Shown: positions 26,019 to 35,183, counted from the first letter of the stretch. The stretch is DNA of 64,000 nucleotides from Candidatus Aenigmatarchaeota archaeon (GCA_018304615.1 JAGVVV010000009.1:45160-109159); one strand, 5' to 3'. Numbers and translations: made by a program. The notes: generated from the sequence alone by a model not told the origin.

Positions 26019-26852
26019 CTAGACTGGAGGTCGTGGAAGGACGTTTATAGAAGTCGTGGCATCAGTGTAGTAGTTGTAAGACGTTGTTACAGAGATTGGA
26101 ACTATTTTGAAAGTGTTAGTCCCGCCTGCTGAAATAGTGCAGTAAATTGTAGCACTTTCACCTTTAATCAGCCTCACATCGCTTGTTGGGCAAAAAGCTC
26201 CGCTGACAGAAATTCCAAGCCTGTCGAGTGAATTTACATCAGGAGATCCCCCAGAATAAACCCTCCCTCTTCCTGTGTTTCTGATTTCGAAGATGATTGG
26301 TATCTGCCCGCCAGAAATTGCAACAGAAGTTGCCTTTGCGGTTATCGAAAGGGGTCCACCGGTTGTCTTTTGCTGGACTATACCGCTCTTTGTCTTGGTC
26401 TGCTGGTAGTAATCAGCACTGACTGCTTTCATCTGAGCGTCCAAAGTAGATGTGTACGAATATGAAACTCTGACAGTTGCCTCATATGACAATTGTACAT
26501 CTTTTGCTGGACCGGTCAATGTCCATGTGATAGGCCTTTCCTCGCCCTGGTTATTTCCTCGTGCAGGATCGGCACCAAACATGGAACCGATAGTCTGATA
26601 TCTTCCAGGAGAAATTCCCCACTCGTCTGTCAATCCCAGAAGTTGGGCGGTCACTCCGTTAGCTCTTTGAGATCCTGTGTTTGCAACTATGAGTTGTAAA
26701 AGTATAGGTGCGTTTGGTTCGGCTGTAGAATCAGACGGTGAGAAACTTTTAACTATCACTCCTGCTCCTCCACCTCCACCGATGTTAATTCCAGAAATAC
26801 AACCTGAGAGGAAAACTGTGAATACCAAGAAGAGAAGTTTGCTTTTCTTCAT
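26019..26852 (-). CDS. putative lipoprotein with CARDB/Ig-like beta-sandwich repeats
   Basis: 277 aa; MKKSKLLFLVFTVFLSGC lipobox-like signal; LQLIVANTGSQRANGVTAQL CARDB-like strand pattern. Confidence 0.5.
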   Translation of the reverse strand: MKKSKLLFLVFTVFLSGCISGINIGGGGGAGVIVKSFSPSDSTAEPNAPILLQLIVANTGSQRANGVTAQLLGLTDEWGISPGRYQTIGSMFGADPARGNNQGEERPITWTLTGPAKDVQLSYEATVRVSYSYTSTLDAQMKAVSADYYQQTKTKSGIVQQKTTGGPLSITAKATSVAISGGQIPIIFEIRNTGRGRVYSGGSPDVNSLDRLGISVSGAFCPTSDVRLIKGESATIYCTISAGGTNTFKIVPISVTTSYNYYTDATTSINVLPRPPV

Positions 26853-26897
26853 TTTTTGTCGACCTTATTATAATTTGAAAAAGGTTCAATTTAAGCC

Positions 26898-27821
26898 TTA
26901 CCCAACAGGCACGACGGTTATTTTTTCAGTCCTGATGAACTCGTATGTATACTGATAACTTACTGATATGGTAGCTATCCTCTCAGCCTCTGGGAAATTG
27001 GCAGAGTTGAAGTTGCAGACGAAGGTTCTAGAACTTGTTTTTGGTATGTCGACGTCTATGTTCGCAGTGGCTTGCCCGTTTCCTCCGTCAAAATTGCAGT
27101 AAAGTTCTTTCGCAATCTCCACGTTAGAATATTCCAAGTGCACGTTCTCTTTCGAGATGTTTACTGGAATTATATCGCCGATTGAAGAATCCCCCTGATA
27201 AGAGAACTTCATCTTGATTTGGAACATGCTACCTCTCACGGCCCAGTGTTCCTGGACTATAGATTTTCCTTTTTTCGTTTCTCTTCCAATTGGAGCCTCG
27301 AAATCCACCTTCACGGGTCCATGTGACGGACTGCTCTCCTTGTAAGTCGATTTGGGCTCGTGAAGAGTTACGTCATCTATAATCGGAATATCTATCTCTC
27401 TGTAACCAGTCTGATCATATTTCACTAGAAAACTCAATGGAAAATCAGTTGGAGCTTTTATCAAATCAGATGACGGGGATTGAAGAGTGATGGCGAATCT
27501 CTTGAAATCAAGCGCATCTATCTTGTCGTAAAAGCATGTGTGGTCGTCTTTCCTCTGTCCACTGCTGCAATCGAGTTTCAATATCTTGAATCCAGGCAAG
27601 TCAAAAAAACTCACTTCAACATTTCTTGTAGGCTTGTCGATGGAGTTTTGAACATCGAATTGGACGGTCGTGGCACTGCCAGCATAGGGTTTGACTGTGG
27701 TGACAGAATAAGATTCCAAAGTTATTCCGTCGTTCTTGAATTGAGTAGCAGCTGGACCGATGCTTATGCAGCCTGAGAAAAACACTCCTAATATCACAAG
27801 CAAAATAATTTTTCTCATCAA
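26898..27821 (-). CDS. putative lipoprotein, beta-sandwich repeats
   Basis: 307 aa; MMRKIILLVILGVFFSGC lipobox-like signal; same SGCIS junction as the neighbour. Confidence 0.5.
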   Translation of the reverse strand: MMRKIILLVILGVFFSGCISIGPAATQFKNDGITLESYSVTTVKPYAGSATTVQFDVQNSIDKPTRNVEVSFFDLPGFKILKLDCSSGQRKDDHTCFYDKIDALDFKRFAITLQSPSSDLIKAPTDFPLSFLVKYDQTGYREIDIPIIDDVTLHEPKSTYKESSPSHGPVKVDFEAPIGRETKKGKSIVQEHWAVRGSMFQIKMKFSYQGDSSIGDIIPVNISKENVHLEYSNVEIAKELYCNFDGGNGQATANIDVDIPKTSSRTFVCNFNSANFPEAERIATISVSYQYTYEFIRTEKITVVPVG

Positions 27822-27857
27822 TTAGTTTTTGAACTTGAACGGATATTAATGTAATTA

Positions 27858-28628
27858 ATGGTTGACATAACAGACTCGTTGAAATGGTTCTTTTCTGCAA
27901 AAGAGACAGGATACACGTTCGAGAACACTTTTCTTTATTCGATAATTCTGATCATAGCTGCCTACCTGGTGTTCGAGGTTTTGAAAAGACTGAAAGTGAA
28001 GATTGACAAGAGACTTGCATTGTCTGCAGCGCCTTTTGTGATCTGGGGAGGCGCACTGAGATCTCTTCAGGACGCAGGAACACTGAACTCTTATTGGTTT
28101 TTCACACCGGGAATATATTTTTTTGTCTTCTTCGTGATTTTCTCCACTCTGTTAATTTCGCTGATTTTGCAAAAGAAGTTCAAGATTCCATATTACAAGC
28201 CTGTGATTGCGATAGGAAGTTTTCTTTCAGTTATCACCATAGCTGAGATAGGTTTCAAAAACTGGTACGGATTACTATTGGTATCAGTCTTCATGGCACC
28301 ATTCGTGATCGGATTCTTGTTATTCAGGAGATGGAAATTGGAAAACCGATTAGTCTCGATAACCCAGATGTTCGATGCGGTGACTACTTTTGTAGCTTTG
28401 CAATTTTTCGGATATGCAGAACAGCATGTTCTCCCGAATATTTTCATTGGAACTTTCGGCCCTGCTTCGTTCATTCCGCTGAAATTGGTTGGCGTGGTTC
28501 TCATTCTTTATATGATTGACAGATACTCTAACGAAAAAGAATTCAACAATTATATCAAGCTAGTGATTGCGATACTCGGTGGTGCAACAGGAAGCAGGGA
28601 TCTTTTCAGTATGCTCTCTCTTGTTTAA
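27858..28628 (+). CDS. polytopic membrane protein (DUF63-like)
   Basis: 256 aa, 7-8 TM; general resemblance to archaeal DUF63 proteins (weak recall). Confidence 0.4.
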   Translation: MVDITDSLKWFFSAKETGYTFENTFLYSIILIIAAYLVFEVLKRLKVKIDKRLALSAAPFVIWGGALRSLQDAGTLNSYWFFTPGIYFFVFFVIFSTLLISLILQKKFKIPYYKPVIAIGSFLSVITIAEIGFKNWYGLLLVSVFMAPFVIGFLLFRRWKLENRLVSITQMFDAVTTFVALQFFGYAEQHVLPNIFIGTFGPASFIPLKLVGVVLILYMIDRYSNEKEFNNYIKLVIAILGGATGSRDLFSMLSLV

Positions 28629-29476
28629 CGGCTTCTGACTATTGTCAAAGTGACATCAGCCAACTCGTAGGATGAGGCTTTGTCTAGAGAGAATGTAATG
28701 TTGTTCACATTCGGATTGAGAGGAATCTCTGGACCGAAATCTCGGATGAATGCTGAAGGAGAGATGTCTCTGAAGAATCTCTGATTGTTGATTGTGATGA
28801 GCATGGAGCTTGGGGTGGTTGAAGTGACGACTCTGAATGATAATCTGCCGAACCTGAACTTGGAGACGTCATCTGATGTTAATGAAAACTGGAAAGTTTT
28901 GAAAGAAGTTCCTTGAAAGTTTATGCCGAACTTTGCAGAGCTGATCTTGTAGACTGAAGTCTGCCAGAACTTCCAGCCGGGTCCTCCAGATGAAATGGTG
29001 ACCACATTCGAATCTTTTATCTGGTCTTTGGTCAGTTGGATGTAAACTCTTCCTGGTCCGACTTTCTGGTTGAAGACTTCCTGGCCGTTAAAAGTGACGA
29101 TTAAATTTCCGGCATCACTAGTGTCGTCAACTATTATTTCGATATAGCCGGAATTGGTGATTGCAAGCTTGTCTCCTTCCACGACACCGACCAAGTTCAC
29201 CCTCGAGGTTCCTCCCCATCCGTTACTAACCTCAATATTTTTCTTCTGTGCAACTACGTCCGAACCCAGAGAATAGCTGACAGTAAAATCACCGAGATTT
29301 ATAAATCTGGGAATGTCGTTGGCTGAGAAATTGGTTTCTGTTGAAGTAGTGTTGTTTGTTTCGTTTCCTGTCTGGGGAGTGTTAAAAGCAACAATCATGA
29401 CTATGATTAGTATGAGGCCTGCTAGGAGAACGAATGCGAACTCGTCTATCTTACCTTGTCCTTTAGTCAAGAGCAC
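28625..29476 (-). CDS. type IV pilin-like (class III signal peptide) extracellular protein
   Basis: 283 aa; MLLTKGQGKIDEFAFVLLAGLILIIVMIVAF leader/helix, N/T-rich linker, beta-rich ectodomain. Confidence 0.45.
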   Translation of the reverse strand: MLLTKGQGKIDEFAFVLLAGLILIIVMIVAFNTPQTGNETNNTTSTETNFSANDIPRFINLGDFTVSYSLGSDVVAQKKNIEVSNGWGGTSRVNLVGVVEGDKLAITNSGYIEIIVDDTSDAGNLIVTFNGQEVFNQKVGPGRVYIQLTKDQIKDSNVVTISSGGPGWKFWQTSVYKISSAKFGINFQGTSFKTFQFSLTSDDVSKFRFGRLSFRVVTSTTPSSMLITINNQRFFRDISPSAFIRDFGPEIPLNPNVNNITFSLDKASSYELADVTLTIVRSR

Positions 29477-29522
29477 ACCTAAAAATTAGTTGTAGTTTAT
29501 ATAATAAATCTGTAGTGAATGT

Positions 29523-30194
29523 ATGAGAATTCTCAGTTTTGATAAAGAAGACGGAGTTGCGAAACTTAAGGTCGAGACAGAATTAGATTTATGGCAGCTC
29601 CAACAGCTAATCAAAAAAGACGATTTTGTAAAATCGAAGACGATCAGGCAGCTTTTTGTTCAACGGGAGAGTGGAAGGGAAAAAGGAAAGAGAGAACTTG
29701 TTCTACTTGCAGTTAAAACCGAAAAGACTGATTTTGACAATAACAAGCATGAACTGAGGGTTCATGGGAAAATAGTAGAAGCGCCGAATGAAATTCAACG
29801 TGGAGTTTATCACACCATTGAAATTAAAACTGGTACTGTACTAGAAATAACAAAGAAGTGGACGCAAGAAGAATTGGAAAGATTGAAACGCAGCCAAATT
29901 AAAATGCAGGTTTTGAAGGATGAAAAAATTCTAGAAGATTTCTTCATGCATTTGAACAAGAACGACAGGCTTGTAACTTACGGATTCGACCAAGTAAAAA
30001 TAGCGGGGAATCACGGAGCGGTGAAAGTTCTTTTGGTTTCTGAAGAAAAAATCAGAGAAAAGGAATTTGAAGATTTGGTGAAACTTGTTGAGAGCAAAAG
30101 TGGGGAAGTGAAATTGGTAGCGAAGGGTAATCTTTCCCAGAAGTTCAAATCAACTTATCAAATCGGAGCAATCCTCAGATATCCTATTGAGTGA
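29523..30194 (+). CDS. Pelota/Dom34-like protein lacking the central domain
   Basis: 223 aa; N-domain MRILSFDKEDGVAKLKVETELDLWQLQQLIKKDDFV...; C-domain YGFDQVKIAGNHGAVKVLLVSEE...IGAILRYPI; typical Pelota is about 340-350 aa. Confidence 0.65.
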   Translation: MRILSFDKEDGVAKLKVETELDLWQLQQLIKKDDFVKSKTIRQLFVQRESGREKGKRELVLLAVKTEKTDFDNNKHELRVHGKIVEAPNEIQRGVYHTIEIKTGTVLEITKKWTQEELERLKRSQIKMQVLKDEKILEDFFMHLNKNDRLVTYGFDQVKIAGNHGAVKVLLVSEEKIREKEFEDLVKLVESKSGEVKLVAKGNLSQKFKSTYQIGAILRYPIE

Positions 30195-30375
30195 CTTTGC
30201 TGTATTGAGATGTTACGTGTCCGGCGATGCCGTTTCTGATTTTCTTGGAGTCCACGTTGACGTAATTCAACATGGTTTCCTTGTTCCTTTCAAAATCGTC
30301 AGGGAATTTGTCAGGATGTTTTGCCATCAAATCCTTTGCTATGTTCTTAATAAAAGAAGTCTTAATTCTGCCCAT
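30184..30375 (-). CDS. rps17e: 30S ribosomal protein S17e
   Basis: 63 aa; MGRIKTSFIKNIAKDLMAKHPDKFPDDFERNK...KKIRNGIAGHVT. Confidence 0.85.
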   Translation of the reverse strand: MGRIKTSFIKNIAKDLMAKHPDKFPDDFERNKETMLNYVNVDSKKIRNGIAGHVTSQYSKVTQ

Positions 30376-30379
30376 TCGA

Positions 30380-30952
30380 TCACGGTGTGACTCTTGTCAG
30401 TTCATAATAGGTGACGTCTGATTCCTTGTCGACTACACCCCACAGGAGTGTGGCACGGATGTTGTGGGCGAGTCTGACAGCTCTGGACATTTCTGGAAGC
30501 GAGAAGGCCGATTCTTCTGCTACTGTATGGACAACCCATTTGGTATGTTCGTGGGGGGATTTTGGACCTCTTATCAGTTTGACGCCTCTTTCGTAAACTC
30601 TGAAATGAGCACCAAACTTAAATCCAGTCTTAACGACATAACCTCTCTCTCTTAGGTCTCGGTAAACGATGAATTGAGGATGGAATTCATTCACATTCTC
30701 TGCTCCAAGCTGCATCAAATCCTTGAAATTAAATTTCTTCTTGGTTTTCCCTTTTTTCACGACTTTGAGCTTTCCCTTTTCGACAAGATAGGCAGCTTCT
30801 ATCAATTCTAGTTCAACTCTGTTCGGAGATTCTTCTGGGAGTGGTTTTCCATATCCATTCTCATCATAAAGCTGGACTGCATCCTTGCTCCAAATCATAA
30901 CTCTCTTCTCTAAGAGCTCTCCTTCCCAGACTTTTTCTTCCATTTTCATCAC
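30380..30952 (-). CDS. endA: tRNA-splicing endonuclease (tRNA-intron lyase), single alpha-type unit
   Basis: 190 aa; VYRDLRERGYVVKTGFKFGAHFRVYERG ... HTKWVVH ... AHNIRATLLWGVVD catalytic-domain pattern. Confidence 0.8.
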   Translation of the reverse strand: MMKMEEKVWEGELLEKRVMIWSKDAVQLYDENGYGKPLPEESPNRVELELIEAAYLVEKGKLKVVKKGKTKKKFNFKDLMQLGAENVNEFHPQFIVYRDLRERGYVVKTGFKFGAHFRVYERGVKLIRGPKSPHEHTKWVVHTVAEESAFSLPEMSRAVRLAHNIRATLLWGVVDKESDVTYYELTRVTP

Positions 30953-31011
30953 TTGATAAGATATTATTGCCAGATGAGGATAAAAGTTAAATAATTTTTG
31001 AAAATCAAAAA

Positions 31012-31129
31012 TGGGACAGGCGAGATTTGAACTCGCAACACCACGCTCTTCAGGCGTGTTCGAGCCAATTCATCATTGGTTGCTCTCCTTAACCTCATTA
31101 GAGCGACGATCGGGTTGAGCTACTGTCCC
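31012..31129 (-). tRNA. tRNA-Phe(GAA) with about 45 extra nt in the D-arm region (probably two non-canonical introns)
   Basis: GGGACAG-TA-GCTC...[62 nt where 17 are expected]...-CACGC-CTGAAGA-GCGTG-GTGTT-GCGAG-TTCAAAT-CTCGC-CTGTCCC-A; 118 nt; exact splice sites not resolved by hand. Confidence 0.7.
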
Positions 31130-31175
31130 ATGAAATCTAGTACTAGTTTTGGTTTTTATATATTCATACGAAAAT

Positions 31176-31859
31176 TTAATTCTCAAGACTAAATCTATAC
31201 TTCAATCCCTCTTTGATTATGTAAAAGAAATTTCCGACGAGCATCCTAGCCAATCTCCTAATTTCTCGTTTGCCGTGATAAACTATTGTAACAGGAACAT
31301 GTTTTATTTTGAGTTTGTGTTTTACTACTGCCGCACGAAGTCCATTGTCTATGATATACCCTCCTCCGACATTGTTTTTTATCAATTTGATAGTTTTTAT
31401 ATCCATTCCGATAAAACCACTGTTTGTATCTTTTATGTCAGTTCCGAATAGCAGATTAAAAGTAAAGACCCAGATATGATTACCAATTCTATTTGCAAAT
31501 GGAATTTTTGAGAAATTTCTATAGCCGATTACAAAGTTAGAACCTTTTTTCAACGCTTTTAGGATTTTAGCTGATTCTTCAGGTAAAAATTGAAGATCGC
31601 TGTCTACGATTACAACATATTTCGCATCTTTTTTCTTTAGAATGTATTCAAAACCAGTCCTGATTGCCTCTCCCTTTCCTTTGTTTCTTTTATGCCTAAG
31701 AACTATTGCTCCGTTTTTTCTTGCCAATTCAGCTGTTTTGTCTTTGGAACCGTCATCGATCACCAAAGGAATTAGGTGGTTTACTTTCTTCAGCCTTCTG
31801 AGAACTTCAAGTATATTCTTCTCCTCATTATAGGCTGGGATTAAAGCAAATTCTGTCAT
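31176..31859 (-). CDS. family-2 glycosyltransferase (dolichyl-phosphate sugar synthase-like)
   Basis: 227 aa; IPAYNEEKNI, VIDDGSKDKT, VIVDSDLQ motifs. Confidence 0.75.
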   Translation of the reverse strand: MTEFALIPAYNEEKNILEVLRRLKKVNHLIPLVIDDGSKDKTAELARKNGAIVLRHKRNKGKGEAIRTGFEYILKKKDAKYVVIVDSDLQFLPEESAKILKALKKGSNFVIGYRNFSKIPFANRIGNHIWVFTFNLLFGTDIKDTNSGFIGMDIKTIKLIKNNVGGGYIIDNGLRAAVVKHKLKIKHVPVTIVYHGKREIRRLARMLVGNFFYIIKEGLKYRFSLEN

Positions 31860-31927
31860 AAAACACTTCTTAAGAATTAAGTTATATAAACCTAAAGATA
31901 TTTGTATTAGTTAAGCCCTCGAAACCT

Positions 31928-32029
31928 GCCCTCGTAGTTTATAGCGAGGAAAGCTCAGCGGTAGAGCAGCTGGCTGTTACTCACTGAGTAGAAACCAGAA
32001 GGTCGAGCGTTCAAGTCGCTCCGAGGGCG
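31928..32029 (+). tRNA. tRNA-Asn(GUU) with two introns (16 nt between acceptor and D stem, about 8-10; 14 nt at 37/38)
   Basis: GCCCTCG-T[AGTTTATAGCGAGGAA]A-GCTC-AGCGGTA-GAGC-A-GCTGG-CTGTTA[CTCACTGAGTAGAA]A-CCAGA-AGGTC-GAGCG-TTCAAGT-CGCTC-CGAGGGC-G; 102 nt minus 30 gives 72. Confidence 0.75.
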
Positions 32030-32064
32030 CTCCTTTCTATTGTGTTTTTAAGTTTTAATGTCAT

Positions 32065-32322
32065 ATGAAATTTATGGGTAATGAAAGCGTTGAAAGATAT
32101 AGAATAGGAAATCTAAAAGTCATTCCTATGAATGGATCAGTACTCATTTACAATGCTAGTACTGGATATGGAAAATTCTACGACTGGGGTGATTTCAGCA
32201 CTAAAGAAGGTAGTAGAAAAATATTCATGGTCTATGAGACTCAATCTGAAACAGATTTTAATGCTTTTAATGATTTAGTTTGTCAAGAAATCAATGAGAG
32301 AAAAAGGAAAGCTAGTCAATAA
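32065..32322 (+). CDS. hypothetical protein
   Basis: 85 aa ORF, no motif recognised. Confidence 0.35.
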   Translation: MKFMGNESVERYRIGNLKVIPMNGSVLIYNASTGYGKFYDWGDFSTKEGSRKIFMVYETQSETDFNAFNDLVCQEINERKRKASQ

Positions 32323-33406
32323 AGTCTCTGTTCTTGATTTTCTCAGGAAGATATTTTTCGGAAATGAATGTGATCCCTTTTGAAGAAAGTGCAGCCAACT
32401 CTGCCTTTGATCTCATATTTTTCATCAGCTTGAACTGCCTCTGCCAGTCCTTGCTGTTCTTGAACCAATCGTAGTTTGCAATCTGATCGAGTCTTTTGAA
32501 GTCGACTTCCTCGAATTTTATCAGATGTTTTTTCAAGTCGTATTTTTCGATGTCATCGGCTGTTAGTCCTAAGAACTTTGCTTCTGGAATTGCAAGTCTT
32601 TCTGAGATGTGTGCAAGGCTGATTGAACCGAATTTCAAAACTGAATAAATATACCATCCATAAGGATCGAAGTCTGTCAAGACGTAAATCGGTAGTTTGT
32701 GTTCTATGTGCAATCTCTGTAGAATTCTTCTTATCCCTCTTGTGGCTTGACCTTGCGAAGAAACTATCACGCAGTTCAACTTCTCCCAAACTTTATCTTC
32801 GTGCAGCCTCTCCCATTCTGCAGCTTTCTCCATGTAGATGATGAATTTTGCATTGACTTTTTTGAATTCTATCTCTTCTACATTGCTTGGTATCGACCAA
32901 CCGCCGCTTCCAAGTTTGCTCCAGTCCACTCTGTCCCCTTTATCTTCAACCACAACCTTGCCAGCTACCGATCCCATCTTGTTGGCATTTATGTGGAGAA
33001 GTTCTCTGGAAGCATTCGAGATCAATTCCAAATCTTCAATCGCTTGGTTCGATTCAACCTGCTCGTCGACAAGGTTGATATTCGAGTCGGGGAGGGTTCT
33101 TTTCATTCGATAAAATGCTTCTCTCAAGCTCAGATGCTTGTCTACATCCAAAAGTTCTTTCGCAACTGCTGCTGCTTCGACGGTCTGAACGAATTTTCTC
33201 ACGTGCGCGACATTGAAGAAATACCTCATGGCTGTCGCCTTCCCCATCGTGAGCATCTTGGACTTTTCATCAAACTTCACATTGCTCAAAGCTCTGATGG
33301 GAACTTCGAGAGATGGATTATTACCAGTTTCAATGTCTTTGAGTACCTTCTCTCCTACTTTTTTAAGACTCTTTTTTGTCTCTGTCTTGTTTTCCAGTTG
33401 AAACAC
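32312..33406 (-). CDS. top6A: DNA topoisomerase VI subunit A (Spo11-like)
   Basis: 364 aa; MRYFFNVAHVRKF, LSLREAFY (catalytic Tyr region), Toprim LTDFDPYGWYIY. Confidence 0.9.
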   Translation of the reverse strand: MFQLENKTETKKSLKKVGEKVLKDIETGNNPSLEVPIRALSNVKFDEKSKMLTMGKATAMRYFFNVAHVRKFVQTVEAAAVAKELLDVDKHLSLREAFYRMKRTLPDSNINLVDEQVESNQAIEDLELISNASRELLHINANKMGSVAGKVVVEDKGDRVDWSKLGSGGWSIPSNVEEIEFKKVNAKFIIYMEKAAEWERLHEDKVWEKLNCVIVSSQGQATRGIRRILQRLHIEHKLPIYVLTDFDPYGWYIYSVLKFGSISLAHISERLAIPEAKFLGLTADDIEKYDLKKHLIKFEEVDFKRLDQIANYDWFKNSKDWQRQFKLMKNMRSKAELAALSSKGITFISEKYLPEKIKNRDFID

Positions 33407-35183
33407 CTTTCTTAATTATTTTTTCCAATTCAGAAATTATTTTCTGTTTATTCTCGTCGGTTAGTTTCTCTAAAGATTCTGCAAGTTCGGGAATATATTT
33501 TTCAAAGATTTCCTTCCTCAACTGCCCCTCTCTGAGATGAGTTTGTTCATGGATGTAGTGAGAAAGTTTTCTCCCGGCATCCTGAATCGCAAGTTTGATT
33601 TCTTTTATTATTTCTGGATAATCGGCGATTGCCTGCTTGCCTTCGGAAGTATAAGGAACCCAGACAGAAGCGAAATGAATCAAAATCAGTATCGGCCCTT
33701 GGGGTAAAGAACCAGAAGACTGGGTGATGCCATATCTTTTCCAATCGACATCGGAAGCGGCCTCGAAGGTTGCACAGTCAGACTGATGATAAAGAAGTGG
33801 AACTTTGTTAGCAAACCTTATTAGCTGCGCCGTCTGATCTCGAGGAAGTTTCCCTCCATATGCAAGGCCGACTTCTACTTGAAATGGATTTCCGCGATAG
33901 ACTGTCGGCGGTCTAGACACTGCGACAAAATTGTCTGCTTCAATCTCTTTCTTAAGGCCTTCGACAAGAAAATTCTCGCCCATTGGCGAAAGGACGTCTG
34001 TCGGCGGAGAAGGGATCTTCACTGTTTGCATGGCGCGATAAAGTTTTTCTATGTCCTCATGCTTCAGTGAATTTGGTTTTGTCCTCGAATCTATCTTAGA
34101 AACTTTTATTATTTCATGCGCAGAAGACTTTCCTATTTTTGAAAAATCATTAGTGAGAAAATGCAGTAGATTCTTTGAAGAAGTTGTAAGGAGCAGTCTT
34201 GTCAAAATTCCGACCTCTACTCCATATGGATGTGGTTTGATTTCCTTAGGTTGTTTAGGTAGATCGTTCGTAGCCCTTTCGAAAACAATTTTTCCTCCAG
34301 GCCCATCATAAGTTATTTTTGCGTGGGGGTTTGCTATTGCAGTTTGCTTCAAAAATTCTAAGACCGACTGGCCTCTCTCTATGTACCTTGCTTCCGCCTC
34401 CATCTCGACAACTAGACCTGTCTTCCCTTCTTTGTTTTTTGTTATATCCTGTGATAGAACCTGAGCTAGGTTCTTGCTGACATCAATTCTCATCTCTACA
34501 TCAGTTATTTCTTTTTCAGTTTTTGAAACTATTTTTGCTGGCTTCCCTGTAGTCAACTGAGAATAAAGAATTGCACCAGAGATTCCAATCCCTTGCGTCC
34601 CTCTGCTCTGTCTTAGTCTGTGAAACTTGCTGCCGTAAAGAAGTTTTCCAAAAGCGAGTGTTACGTTTTTAGAAATAATTCCTGGACCGTTGTCTTCGCC
34701 TATAATTCTAAATCTCCCGAGCGGAACTTTCATCAGTTTTAGTTCTTGGCCATTAGAAGAAATCTTGTAAACTTTTTCATCCTCGACTTTCGTTTCAGTG
34801 ACAGTATAATTTTTTCCACCAGCAGAGTAAAAATATTCAATCTTATCGTCAGTTTTTTTTGTTTCCTCGAGTTTTGCGAAGCGATCTTTTATTTTTAGGA
34901 TTGGTTTTCTTTCCTGGATTATTACTTCACCTAAATCATCTCCAACATTGTACATCACTTTTGTTTCGAGTTCCTTTATTGTGATTTTCATATTGGGAAG
35001 AATCCCTGCTTCGTCGCATGCATCTAGGGAATTGTCGACGATCTCCTTTAGGATTGTGACTAGTGCTTTGGTAGGATTCTCGTAACCGAGCAAGTGTCTG
35101 TTCTTCTCAAAGAATTCGGCGACGGAAACTTCACGCATCGCCTTTCCCATTTCTTCAGCAGAGAGAGTTTTTTGGTTAGCCAT
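33363..35183 (-). CDS. top6B: DNA topoisomerase VI subunit B (GHKL ATPase)
   Basis: 606 aa; EIVDNSLDA, EDNGPGI, SRGTQGIGISG Bergerat-fold motifs; overlaps top6A by 44 nt. Confidence 0.9.
   Translation of the reverse strand: MANQKTLSAEEMGKAMREVSVAEFFEKNRHLLGYENPTKALVTILKEIVDNSLDACDEAGILPNMKITIKELETKVMYNVGDDLGEVIIQERKPILKIKDRFAKLEETKKTDDKIEYFYSAGGKNYTVTETKVEDEKVYKISSNGQELKLMKVPLGRFRIIGEDNGPGIISKNVTLAFGKLLYGSKFHRLRQSRGTQGIGISGAILYSQLTTGKPAKIVSKTEKEITDVEMRIDVSKNLAQVLSQDITKNKEGKTGLVVEMEAEARYIERGQSVLEFLKQTAIANPHAKITYDGPGGKIVFERATNDLPKQPKEIKPHPYGVEVGILTRLLLTTSSKNLLHFLTNDFSKIGKSSAHEIIKVSKIDSRTKPNSLKHEDIEKLYRAMQTVKIPSPPTDVLSPMGENFLVEGLKKEIEADNFVAVSRPPTVYRGNPFQVEVGLAYGGKLPRDQTAQLIRFANKVPLLYHQSDCATFEAASDVDWKRYGITQSSGSLPQGPILILIHFASVWVPYTSEGKQAIADYPEIIKEIKLAIQDAGRKLSHYIHEQTHLREGQLRKEIFEKYIPELAESLEKLTDENKQKIISELEKIIKKGVSTGKQDRDKKES

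Noticed and set aside
32747-33415. 222-aa plus-strand ORF (and smaller ones at 32623-33401)
   Set aside because: It lies entirely antisense to top6A, which has clear Spo11/Toprim motifs. It has no motifs of its own.
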